Source: Candidatus Thorarchaeota archaeon (GTDB lineage Archaea > Asgardarchaeota > Thorarchaeia > Thorarchaeales > Thorarchaeaceae). From it: DNA of 64,000 nt. The stretch lies in the NCBI GenBank assembly GCA_046482545.1, contig JAWOEX010000032.1:193903-257902 (forward strand). The letters are read 5' to 3'. Under the pieces are notes generated by a model. That model was not told where the DNA came from. It ran no database searches and saw only the letters and a program-made list of their open reading frames with translations. Below, piece after piece: positions 50,255-59,509 of this stretch. Numbering within the stretch: position 1 is the first letter of the stretch; every line of letters starts with the position of its first letter. The translations under genes and the position numbers were made by a program.

Positions 50255-50660
50255 CTTACACAGAGTTGGAATAATCACATCATCGAAGGTTTCTCTAGTT
50301 TTTTGTAATTTCGCGTGTTGTTCTTCAAGTAATACATAAAGCATATCAGGCACATGCGAAATGGTTTTCTGATAGCTCTGTTTTGTTCGATCAATCTTCT
50401 CGATTAGCCCGGCTACTCTTGTTGCAAATTGCTGGTTATAGTCCTCTTCAGCGTAGTCTCGTTCAGATATTCCTTGAACACCCGCTTGAGGTCGGAAAAC
50501 ATTGGAGTGTAACCGATAGGGAAACGAATCGCATTAGCTTCATTATGGATTCTTAAATCCATCCATGGCAACCATATCTGCTTGTCATCTTTCCCATTGG
50601 ATACTGAATGTTTTCATCCATAAGAAAGTAGTTTACCCCGAAAACCTTGGAGCTGTTGTA
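50255..50660 (-). pseudogene. pckG: C-terminal fragment of GTP-dependent PEP carboxykinase
   Basis: With frameshifts reads KVFGVNYFL.DEN...DK.IWL.WMDLRIH....IGY.P...DLKRVFKEYL..DY.EEDY..QF..RV..LIEKIDR, matching the archaeal-type PEPCK C-terminus as recalled. Confidence 0.8.
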
Positions 50661-50674
50661 CCATGTTCTACAAA

Positions 50675-50750
50675 CTCAAGGTTATCCTACATAATATGGG
50701 TTGACTTAACTACTTCGAGTGTGCCAAGAGGTGATTTTTTACACAGAGTC
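50675..50750 (+). mobile_element. Right-end fragment of the same IS5 element
   Basis: LKVILHNMG*LNYFEC..R* followed by TIR TTTTACACAGAGTC. Confidence 0.8.
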
Positions 50751-50831
50751 AAATTCATGAATAAATATAAAAATAGGATGAAAATCTTCGTAGTGTCAAA
50801 GAATAAATAAAAAAGACGAGGTAAATTAATA

Positions 50832-51623
50832 TTGACGACACCGAAGACAATAGGATTAATAGGTTTTGGCAGAATAGGGTCATATGTGTTCTCTAGAATA
50901 CAGGAATTGGAGGAGCTGGACGTAGGCTTTATCTTTGAGCCGGATGACAGTAAGACGGCTTCAATTAACCGACAATTAGTGCTGGATGACATTAGCGAAA
51001 TCTTTTCGAGAAATGTGGACCTAGTTTTGGAAGCTGCGAACTTTCAAGTGGTCGAAGATTATGCTGAGAAAGTGCTTGAAACGAATGATATGCTAATATT
51101 ATCTCTTACTGCTCTTGCAGACAAAGATTTGGCTGGCAAACTTGCGCGGACATGTCGGAACAACCAAACAAGAGTATACGTCCCACATGGGGCTGTCTTG
51201 GGTATGGATGGTCTTCAGGATGCAAGGAATCTTCTCACAGACGTTGAGATTGTAACTAGAAAGAATCCAACAAATATCGATTTCAGTTTCACAGATGAAT
51301 TTGACAAAGGAAATATTACCAAGGAGACTGTTCTCTATAATGGACCCACACGCGGAGTATGCAGCTTATTTCCTAGGAATGTGAATGCCCATGCTGTGGT
51401 TGCTTTAGCCGGTATTGGGTTTGACCGTACGAAATCAGTATTAATCGCAGACCCTGAGTCCGATGCTGCAAAACACCACATAACAGCGAAAGGCAAAGCT
51501 ACGCAGCTTGAAATCAAGAGATCATCAGCAATCAAAGGAGTCACTGGCGAGTATACTCTAGCTTCGGTCTTTGGATCGATTAGACGGGCTGCTACCAATC
51601 AATATGGGTTCAATATTATGTAA
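50832..51623 (+). CDS. Aspartate dehydrogenase-like protein (NadX/DUF108 family)
   Basis: IGFGRIG, DLVLEAA, VP.GA..G.D, TRKNP, LY.G..R.....FP.NVN, ALAG.G, LIADP. Confidence 0.85.
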   Translation: MTTPKTIGLIGFGRIGSYVFSRIQELEELDVGFIFEPDDSKTASINRQLVLDDISEIFSRNVDLVLEAANFQVVEDYAEKVLETNDMLILSLTALADKDLAGKLARTCRNNQTRVYVPHGAVLGMDGLQDARNLLTDVEIVTRKNPTNIDFSFTDEFDKGNITKETVLYNGPTRGVCSLFPRNVNAHAVVALAGIGFDRTKSVLIADPESDAAKHHITAKGKATQLEIKRSSAIKGVTGEYTLASVFGSIRRAATNQYGFNIM

Positions 51624-51688
51624 AATCCCACAATAAAATAGGTAGCTTGAAATATCTGGCTTTATTCGCTAAAAACAGGTTATTATTT

Positions 51689-53044
51689 ATGCCTACTCTT
51701 ATTGAAAACTTGGGCGATTTCGTATATAATCTTTCTTTTGAATCACTTCCACAAGAAGTTACAGAGACAATAAAGACCTCAATTCTCCATCATCTGCATA
51801 CTGGGTTCTCTGGTGTCGGAGAACGTGAATCACAGATAGCACGATCGTTGCTGAAGGAGTACTTCTCAGATAATGGTTGTTGCACCGTGTTGGGCGAAGA
51901 GCAAAAGTTCTCTATTACGCCGGCCGTTTTTGCCAATGCTGTTATGATGCACAGTGTCCAACAAGAGGATACATACAAGGGTCTACATCCCGGTCCCCAT
52001 ACTATACCAAGTGCACTTGCGCTTGCAGAATCCGACTCTCTAGCTGGTAAAGATATTTTGACTGCAATTGCAGCAGGGTACGAAGTGAATTTGCATGTGG
52101 GAACGCGATTTGCCAAGTTTACAAGTCCTAGGGGATGGAGAGGCACAACCATATTTGGAGTTCTTGGATCTGCTGCGACTTCAGCACATTTGCTGGCTTT
52201 AGACTCTGATGAGACAATCGGTGCTTTGGCAAATGCCATCAACTATGCGTCAGGCCTTATGCAGTGTTGGCTTGAAGGTACTTCCGAGTGGCTATTTACA
52301 AGTGGACTCGCGGCCAAGAATGGAGTGATTGCAGCCCTTTTGGCTCAGAAGGGAACAGAAGGGGCAAGAGAGTCCTTTGAGGGGGATCGGGGCTACATTA
52401 AAACTTACTGCGGTATTGATTCTCAAGAATCAGCGGTTGACGATATCATTGCCGACATCGGAAATAGTCTTGGAAAAGACTATGTTACACCTCATATTCT
52501 TTTCAAACCGCATGCAGTCATAACGACAATATTACCGGTGATTCACAATGTGATATCTCTAGTGCGACAGGATGATATTGCACCCGGAAATGTGGAGGAA
52601 CTGAGGATAACAGCAGGTTCCAGAGTGACGGATGGAGCCCTCGCGGACAGTATTCTTGATTTTGGCCCATATACTACCAAGACCCAAGCATTCAAGTCTC
52701 TTCCCTGTGCTGCTGGAATTGCAGTTAATTTCAGGGAAGTATCTGCTGACACGGCTGGTCATTTTTCCGATTCAAAGGTAGCCAATATCGCCAATAGAGT
52801 CTCGGTCGAAGAAGATAGTTCTGCTGAAGGATTCTATAACACAGTTGACATAATAACCGCAGACGGCGAAAAGCATCAAATTGAAGGAGATATCTTTCCC
52901 ACAGTGACTCGGACGGAAGCCAAGGTAAATTTGGAAAAATCAGCAGGCAAGTATCTTTCCCCCGAAGCTGTTGAAGATATCATCCGGATTATTGAGGATT
53001 TTGAAGAATACTCTGCCGAGGATCTTAAACTAACGCCAAGCTAG
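51689..53044 (+). CDS. MmgE/PrpD family protein (divergent)
   Basis: EDT...LHPG, A.AAGYEV, G.AA.NG..AA.LA..G..G....FEG..G, FKP. Confidence 0.88.
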   Translation: MPTLIENLGDFVYNLSFESLPQEVTETIKTSILHHLHTGFSGVGERESQIARSLLKEYFSDNGCCTVLGEEQKFSITPAVFANAVMMHSVQQEDTYKGLHPGPHTIPSALALAESDSLAGKDILTAIAAGYEVNLHVGTRFAKFTSPRGWRGTTIFGVLGSAATSAHLLALDSDETIGALANAINYASGLMQCWLEGTSEWLFTSGLAAKNGVIAALLAQKGTEGARESFEGDRGYIKTYCGIDSQESAVDDIIADIGNSLGKDYVTPHILFKPHAVITTILPVIHNVISLVRQDDIAPGNVEELRITAGSRVTDGALADSILDFGPYTTKTQAFKSLPCAAGIAVNFREVSADTAGHFSDSKVANIANRVSVEEDSSAEGFYNTVDIITADGEKHQIEGDIFPTVTRTEAKVNLEKSAGKYLSPEAVEDIIRIIEDFEEYSAEDLKLTPS

Positions 53045-53254
53045 TCCGCTTTGTTTTGGCTTTCTGAAGAAATCTAAATCACCTGGAGGTCCTAGCTTGA
53101 ATTTTAGCTGGTGGCCCGAGAAAGTCTCGCACCACCAGCACATCCGGTTTCGACTCGGTGTTTTTTTTGTGCATGACTCTTCACAGGGGGCCTTTTAAAT
53201 ATGAAAGACAAAGCAATCAAGGTGTTTCTCACCACACCTTAAAGGTCTTGAACA

Positions 53255-55219
53255 TCATGTTTGATGTGTAATCCAAGAGACGATACCAAGTGCGAGCAGG
53301 CCGTTATCGGAAGACTGGTATTGCCCCGCTAGAGCCCAATTGTCGATGAAGAAGTTGCTGCCCGTAACCACTAACCTACCGTTTGAACCCATCTCCCGTA
53401 CTCCTAGTACTGTACTTCTGCGATAACTAGCCAATATATTGTCTTCCGTAGGAGTATTGATTCTGGCTCCCTCATAGTCAAAGCTAGTAACGTCAGTGGT
53501 AATGGGGTGGTTTTCGATCCTGGTAACAAGCGCGGTTTCCTCAGAATGTTCAATTGCAGAAAAGCTGAGACTGAAGCCAGTCCAGTTCAAGAATTCATTT
53601 ACCGATTTCACATCGGTACTTGAGTTTGACAGCGAGGCGACAAATATACCGCCTCCTGAGTTAACATAGTTCTCATAGGCTTCTATTTCACCGTCAGTAA
53701 ATTGAAGTGAAAACGGTTGAGGGTCAGCGGGAATTGTACGGTTCACGTCCCAAACACATGGATCTAGCACAAGTACACCATCGAACAGCCCCAAGTAATC
53801 TTCATTCAGGTTTGATGGATTTCTAATCTCTTGAACCGAAAAACCGTTTGAAGTAAGTTCAATATAAAGTTCTTTGAACTGGCCGTAGTATGTATCTATA
53901 TCCCAAGCGCTGTGGGATATATCAAATGCTACTCGAGCTAATGGCTCACCTGCAGAGAATGATAAGATGAGAGTGGAAGATCCGAACTCAGTAGAATTGA
54001 ACATGATTTCGGCAGAGTACGTCGTGTCTCCCGATTCGGGAACGCAGATTGAAATCGGAATAAGGCCAGTCTGATTGATTGTTACTTGAGGGTCTATTTC
54101 GAAGACGTCGGGTGAGTTTGATATTTCAGTAACATCATACGTCGTCTTCTCGCCATTGAAAAGCTGTATGTTGAATGTGTAGTTATCACCGAAGAAAAGC
54201 TTCTCGAAATTGAGCGGAAGTGTGCTCGGGTGAGTGAAGGATATCTCTGGAATCCCTCCGTTATTGCTTTGCTCGGATATGAGGTTTATCGATTCATCAA
54301 GATTCAACTTCCCTGCGCCGACGATATAACTGGGATAGTCCATCGAATCAGCGCCAGCGAGGAGTGCAGTAGTGATTGAACCTGGGGTATACTTGATATC
54401 TGATTCACAACAATATGCTATAAGTTCTGAAACGGCTGCAGCAACTCTTGGAGCGGCGAAACTAGTTCCATAATACTTTGACTGCCCAGACTGAACAAAT
54501 CCTGCAGCTAATATATCCGGTTTCATATTTCGGCTGTAGGTCGGTCCGAGACTGGTATAGTCATCTGGAATGTCATTTTCGTCCAGAGCTCCAACTGCAA
54601 TGCAGTATGGAAAGACACTTGGTGAAGATATGCTTGTTCCGGCGATACCATCTTGTCCTTCATTTCCAGCAGCTCCAATGACAATGGCACCCTGCCTGAA
54701 TGCTTTCTCAACAGCTTCTTCCAATGGATCTCCATATGCCGGAGTAGAACCAAGACTCAGGTTAATAACCGTACAGTTCTGTTTCAATGACCATTCTATC
54801 GCCGCAATGATTCCCAGAACTGTTGCAGAACCACTGCTACCTATTACCTTGGCATTTATGATTTCTGCATTCCTGCTGTTTTCTGCTATCATCCCTGCAA
54901 CTAATGTGCCATGGGCGACATCGCTTGGTTTTGCATCGCCAACTGTACTGTCTGTTGAATCGTATCCATACTGGGTTGAAACGAAGCTTTTCTGAGGACC
55001 AATCCTGCCTTGAAGATCTAGCGTCTGATCTATCCCCGTGTCTAAAACAGCAACTCGAATATTTTGCCCCTCTGATGGGATGTCAGGAAGTATTCCGGAA
55101 AGCAAAACTATGGTAACAGGAAGAACGATGAGAATGATGATAACCGCTCCTATGAGCTTCTTGGTATCGGTCTTCTGTTCGTTTCTGGTTGGTTGTTCTG
55201 GATCCCAGTAATAATGCAT
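53255..55219 (-). CDS. Membrane-anchored S8 subtilase with C-terminal GATase-like domain (Site-1 protease-like)
   Basis: Triad VAVLDTG / HGTLVAG / GTSFAAP, oxyanion AAGNEG; N-terminal TM; C-terminal FD.SH...GGG.F...GRLVV.G domain. Confidence 0.88.
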   Translation of the reverse strand: MHYYWDPEQPTRNEQKTDTKKLIGAVIIILIVLPVTIVLLSGILPDIPSEGQNIRVAVLDTGIDQTLDLQGRIGPQKSFVSTQYGYDSTDSTVGDAKPSDVAHGTLVAGMIAENSRNAEIINAKVIGSSGSATVLGIIAAIEWSLKQNCTVINLSLGSTPAYGDPLEEAVEKAFRQGAIVIGAAGNEGQDGIAGTSISSPSVFPYCIAVGALDENDIPDDYTSLGPTYSRNMKPDILAAGFVQSGQSKYYGTSFAAPRVAAAVSELIAYCCESDIKYTPGSITTALLAGADSMDYPSYIVGAGKLNLDESINLISEQSNNGGIPEISFTHPSTLPLNFEKLFFGDNYTFNIQLFNGEKTTYDVTEISNSPDVFEIDPQVTINQTGLIPISICVPESGDTTYSAEIMFNSTEFGSSTLILSFSAGEPLARVAFDISHSAWDIDTYYGQFKELYIELTSNGFSVQEIRNPSNLNEDYLGLFDGVLVLDPCVWDVNRTIPADPQPFSLQFTDGEIEAYENYVNSGGGIFVASLSNSSTDVKSVNEFLNWTGFSLSFSAIEHSEETALVTRIENHPITTDVTSFDYEGARINTPTEDNILASYRRSTVLGVREMGSNGRLVVTGSNFFIDNWALAGQYQSSDNGLLALGIVSWITHQT

Positions 55220-55333
55220 CTGTTGTTCCTCGGGTATAATCGGCGTGTAACTTATCGATGGAGAACCAGCACTTGAAGATATCGAATACGCGACGGGTTA
55301 ACGACAAATCAATTTAAGTAATATTCTTTAATC

Positions 55334-58294
55334 TTGAAAAATGCAACAGATGAGGGACCATTAGTGACTCAACAGCAAATTACACAAGAAGAAACCGAGC
55401 TTGAGCATGCTCCCTCTATGGAATTGACTGATGTTCTGGGTGCGCTTTCTGTTGATTGGAAAGAAGGGCTTTCCAGCCAGCAGGTGAAAGAACGTCAAAG
55501 CCACTATGGTCCAAACGCAATTCCCAAAGCGAAGGGCTCCTTCTGGAAGGTCTACATTGCCCCTCTTCTGAATTGGCTGATTAATATATACATCTTAAGC
55601 TCGATTGCTCTAATTTTTCTGGCTTACGCCTTTCCTTCCGACCAGAATCAGCTTGCTCAAGCCGTAGTCTGGCTTTCTATTGTATTTGTGAATTGTCTAG
55701 TTGCGGTATTTCAACAGTTCCGTGCGCAAAAGAAATTGGAAGCTTTAGAGAAACTATCTGTTGGTGACGCGCGAGTTAGGCGGAACGGAAATGAATTGAC
55801 TATCCCTCCTGACGAGATTGTACCTGGTGATATTCTCATTATCAACCAGGGAGACAAAATTCCTGCAGACGGTCGGATTATTCAGTCATCGAATTTCTCT
55901 GCTAATGAGGCATCTCTAACAGGAGAAAGCGTCCCGGTTGAGAAAAGTGAAGATGTGGAGGTTGAACCAGGGGCTTCAATTCCTGAAATGAAGAACATGA
56001 CATTCTTCGGTACGTATGCTGCTACGGGTACAGCTGAAGCCGTGACAATCACAACTGGCGGAGACACCCAAATCGGCAGGATACAGGGTACGTTAGAAGA
56101 ACTAAACACGGGTGATATTCCTCTAAGAAGAAAGGTAAACAAACTTGCCAAGTATCTAGGAATGGCTGCAATAGCCCTTCTGAGTGTTTCATTCTTCTGG
56201 CAAATATTGGTCAAACCTGTAATTGTTGGGAATGAGCTACTACTGACGCTTACTGCTATTTCACATCAACTTACCGAGGGCATTACGAAAGCTATGACAA
56301 TCATGCCCATCAACATTCCTCTATTGACCACTATCGTTCTTCTTACCGGTGTCTTGGCAATGGCAAAGAAGGGCGTGATTATCCGGGACCTTTCTGCAGT
56401 AGAAAGCCTTGGAAGAGTCAGTGTTATCTGTTCTGACAAGACTGGGACAATGACCCGTAATCAGATGGCTGTAAGACTGTGCTGGGATACGGAAAGATTC
56501 TTCTCTATCAGTGGAACTGGCTACGATCCAGAGGGTACGATATACGAAGCTATTGGTAAGCCCGACCTTGGCGATTCTGATTCTATTGTTTCTACCGAAA
56601 TCACCGATTTACGGAATCATCCCAACCTTCGTCAGCTCCTTCTCTGTGCAGGTTTGAATAATGATGCAGAACTCGTAAAGAAGGAAGTAGTTGAAGGTCA
56701 ATTTATCTGGACGCCTATAGGGGATCCTACAGATGCTGCACTTTTGGCATTCTTCAGAAAGACCGAGCTTGATGAAGCCAATGTCTCGAACCAGTTCGAA
56801 ACTGTGGAGGAGCATCCCTTCGATTCGGAACTGAAAAGGATGTCCAAGATATTCAAAAAGGATGGTCAGCTTATCTCGTTTGTGAAGGGTGCTTCTGAGG
56901 TTCTTTTGCCCCGGTGTGTTGAAATTGGTGGGGGCAACCCTCGCAAGATGACAAAGAGGGACGTTTCAGAAATCGAGGAGCTTACTCATGATTACGCATC
57001 CCGTGGATACAGAGTGATATCATTAGCTTGTCGCGAATTGGATTCACTTCCTAAAGAAAACCGCAGGATGAAAGCAGAAAATGACCTTGTCTACTTAGGT
57101 TTTGTTTGCATTGTTGATCCTCCCCGGGAAGGTGTTAGAGATGCGGTTACTCAATGCCACAGTGCTGGCATCAATGTGGTCATGATTACAGGTGACAGTA
57201 TAGAAACAGCTAAGACCATCGCATCAGAACTCGGTATTCACAATGAGAATTCTCTTGCTTTTGAAGGCAAGGACATACCTGAGCTAAGCGACGAGGATTT
57301 CTCGAAAACGAATGTCTTTGCACGAGTAGACCCTGAGCATAAGCAAATCATAGTTGAGCGATACCAAGATCAGGAAAAAGTTGTTGCGATGACAGGTGAT
57401 GGTGTCAACGATTCCTTGGCTCTCGCCATGAGCGATGCTGGAATTGCTATGGGCATCACGGGAACTGACGTCGCAAAGGAAGCTGCAGACTTAGTAATCA
57501 CCGACGATAGCTTCCCATCGATTGTGACGGGTGTACATGAAGGAAGAGGCTTGTTTAACAAGATCCGATATATGATTTACTTTTATATCGCAATAAACCT
57601 CTTCGAAAGCATTCTCTTCTTTGGTGCCCTTTTCGTTCTACCTGAAGGTATCATCATCTTGGCAGTCTGGCAAAGCCTGTACCTTGTTGTAACGACCCAT
57701 TCCTTCCCTGGTTTAGCGCTTGTGTTTGACAAGACTTCACCGAAAGCAATGACCGAGAAACCTCGAGACAGCCAAGACATCATCACCCCTCCGCTTGCAA
57801 AATACATGGCAATAAATGTCGTGCTCATGGTTGTTGGTGCTGCGATAGTATACGCTCTTACACTTACAGGCTGGGGTGGAATCGTTGGAGTATACTCTGA
57901 GAACCTCACTGGCGCTTATCCTACCCTTATGCCATTCCAAGAGGAATTGCCGATACAGGCAGCCAAGGCAACCGTGATGATGTTGACAGTGATTCTCTTG
58001 GTAGAGAGCACCCTTTCTCTCATAATACGTAGAATAAACATGCCCCTCGCTGATAGTATTCGTGAACCTGGTATCGAGAGATTCGCGGTACTGTTAGGAC
58101 TTATCTACTTGGGACATCTGATTCTCATGTATGTCCCGCTTGCACAACTCATCTTGGGGTCGGTCGGGTTAAATTTCTACTTTGTTCCACTAACACTATT
58201 CGACTGGTTGATTTGTATCATCTTCTCTCTTCCAGCGATACTGGGTATGGAGTTGTACAAGTGGTACCTCGATAGCAAGGGTGTGACACTTTAG
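55334..58294 (+). CDS. P-type ATPase, P2-like scaffold with atypical membrane sites
   Basis: TGES, DKTGT, GDPTD, KGA.E, DPPR, ITGD, FARV.P, TGDGVND; M4 PINIP. Confidence 0.92.
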   Translation: MKNATDEGPLVTQQQITQEETELEHAPSMELTDVLGALSVDWKEGLSSQQVKERQSHYGPNAIPKAKGSFWKVYIAPLLNWLINIYILSSIALIFLAYAFPSDQNQLAQAVVWLSIVFVNCLVAVFQQFRAQKKLEALEKLSVGDARVRRNGNELTIPPDEIVPGDILIINQGDKIPADGRIIQSSNFSANEASLTGESVPVEKSEDVEVEPGASIPEMKNMTFFGTYAATGTAEAVTITTGGDTQIGRIQGTLEELNTGDIPLRRKVNKLAKYLGMAAIALLSVSFFWQILVKPVIVGNELLLTLTAISHQLTEGITKAMTIMPINIPLLTTIVLLTGVLAMAKKGVIIRDLSAVESLGRVSVICSDKTGTMTRNQMAVRLCWDTERFFSISGTGYDPEGTIYEAIGKPDLGDSDSIVSTEITDLRNHPNLRQLLLCAGLNNDAELVKKEVVEGQFIWTPIGDPTDAALLAFFRKTELDEANVSNQFETVEEHPFDSELKRMSKIFKKDGQLISFVKGASEVLLPRCVEIGGGNPRKMTKRDVSEIEELTHDYASRGYRVISLACRELDSLPKENRRMKAENDLVYLGFVCIVDPPREGVRDAVTQCHSAGINVVMITGDSIETAKTIASELGIHNENSLAFEGKDIPELSDEDFSKTNVFARVDPEHKQIIVERYQDQEKVVAMTGDGVNDSLALAMSDAGIAMGITGTDVAKEAADLVITDDSFPSIVTGVHEGRGLFNKIRYMIYFYIAINLFESILFFGALFVLPEGIIILAVWQSLYLVVTTHSFPGLALVFDKTSPKAMTEKPRDSQDIITPPLAKYMAINVVLMVVGAAIVYALTLTGWGGIVGVYSENLTGAYPTLMPFQEELPIQAAKATVMMLTVILLVESTLSLIIRRINMPLADSIREPGIERFAVLLGLIYLGHLILMYVPLAQLILGSVGLNFYFVPLTLFDWLICIIFSLPAILGMELYKWYLDSKGVTL

Positions 58295-58370
58295 GTTAGG
58301 AACCTGTATCACGAAGTATCAATGGACTACCAAAAGAACTATCTAAATAACTGGATGAATCAGAAGTAAA

Positions 58371-59231
58371 TTGGTGTATGCATTGGCTCGAATGACTACT
58401 CATCGGTTCAAACGCTTGAAAGAGAAGGGAAAGAAGATTGTGATGTTGACTGCTTACGATGCACCCACTGCTAAAATCCTCAGCGATTCTGGAGTCGATG
58501 CTATCTTGGTGGGTGACTCGGTAGGCAACTCGTTGCTAGGTTATGAAAGCACTGTTCCCGTGACCTTGGATGATGTGATACACCATACTGCCGCAGTATC
58601 TCGAGCCAAACCACAGAGCCTCATTATTGGCGATATGCCATTTATGTCCTATAAGGTAAGCATTGAGCAAGCTCTCGAAAACTGCGCAAGGATGCTACAG
58701 GAAGGCGGTGCTGAGGCGGTGAAACTCGAAGGCGGGAGCAGTGTTGCACCAACAGTTAAAGCTGTGGTTGATGCTGGTATTCCTGTGATGGCCCATATTG
58801 GCTTGACTCCACAGTCTATATACGAGCTGGGTGGCTATCGGGTTCAAGGCCGAACTGCAGAAGCAGCAGAAGAGATGATTGAACATGCTAAGAAGCTAGA
58901 AGAAGCCGGAGCATTCTCTCTTGTGATTGAACTGGTACCTTCTGAGACGGCTAAGGTCGTCACTGACGCTGTTGATATTCCCACAATTGGCATTGGAGCG
59001 GGTCCCCATTGTGATGGCCAAGTTCTGGTGATATGGGACATGCTTGGTTTGTTTGAAGAGTTCAAACCAAAGTTCGTGAAAAGATACGCTAATGTGCGTA
59101 AACTGATGGTAGATGCTGTCAACGAGTACTCGAAAGAGGTCAGAGAAGGAAAGTTCCCTGACCCTGAGCACTCCTTTGAGATGTCGGAAGAAGAGAGTGG
59201 CCGTCTCTACGGAAGAACTGACTATTCCTAA
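58371..59231 (+). CDS. panB: 3-methyl-2-oxobutanoate hydroxymethyltransferase
   Basis: MLTAYD, LVGDS, DMPF.SY, VKLEGG, HIGLTPQ, IGIGAG..CDGQVLV. Confidence 0.96.
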   Translation: MVYALARMTTHRFKRLKEKGKKIVMLTAYDAPTAKILSDSGVDAILVGDSVGNSLLGYESTVPVTLDDVIHHTAAVSRAKPQSLIIGDMPFMSYKVSIEQALENCARMLQEGGAEAVKLEGGSSVAPTVKAVVDAGIPVMAHIGLTPQSIYELGGYRVQGRTAEAAEEMIEHAKKLEEAGAFSLVIELVPSETAKVVTDAVDIPTIGIGAGPHCDGQVLVIWDMLGLFEEFKPKFVKRYANVRKLMVDAVNEYSKEVREGKFPDPEHSFEMSEEESGRLYGRTDYS

Positions 59232-59452
59232 TTGTGAGCCTCTTGCTTTTTCTTTGATATCATCTCATTGAGATCTTTTACTAGTTCATTAGGCGGTATA
59301 CCGTGAGTATTGGCACCCTGTTCTATCGATTCGAATCTGGCTATTCCACAACCTATACAGTGAAGCCCCCATTCGAGAAATTTCTCGGCCGTCTCCGGCC
59401 ACCGCTGTACGACTTCTGATATTTTCATGTCTTTGGTAATTGTTTGAGTCAT
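59228..59452 (-). CDS. DUF1858 domain protein
   Basis: ITKDM.I.E....P.....F...GLHCIGC.....E..EQ....HG. Confidence 0.9.
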   Translation of the reverse strand: MTQTITKDMKISEVVQRWPETAEKFLEWGLHCIGCGIARFESIEQGANTHGIPPNELVKDLNEMISKKKQEAHN

Positions 59453-59509
59453 TATCTCTAACCCTTGTCAAGGTCTCATTAACAATAGTTAAAAACCTTT
59501 ACATGTCGG

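Noticed and set aside
55334-58294. Outright call as Ca2+-ATPase, P4 flippase or proton pump
   Set aside because: Lacks PEGLP and the M6 Asp (Ca, H+), and has TGES rather than DGET (P4)
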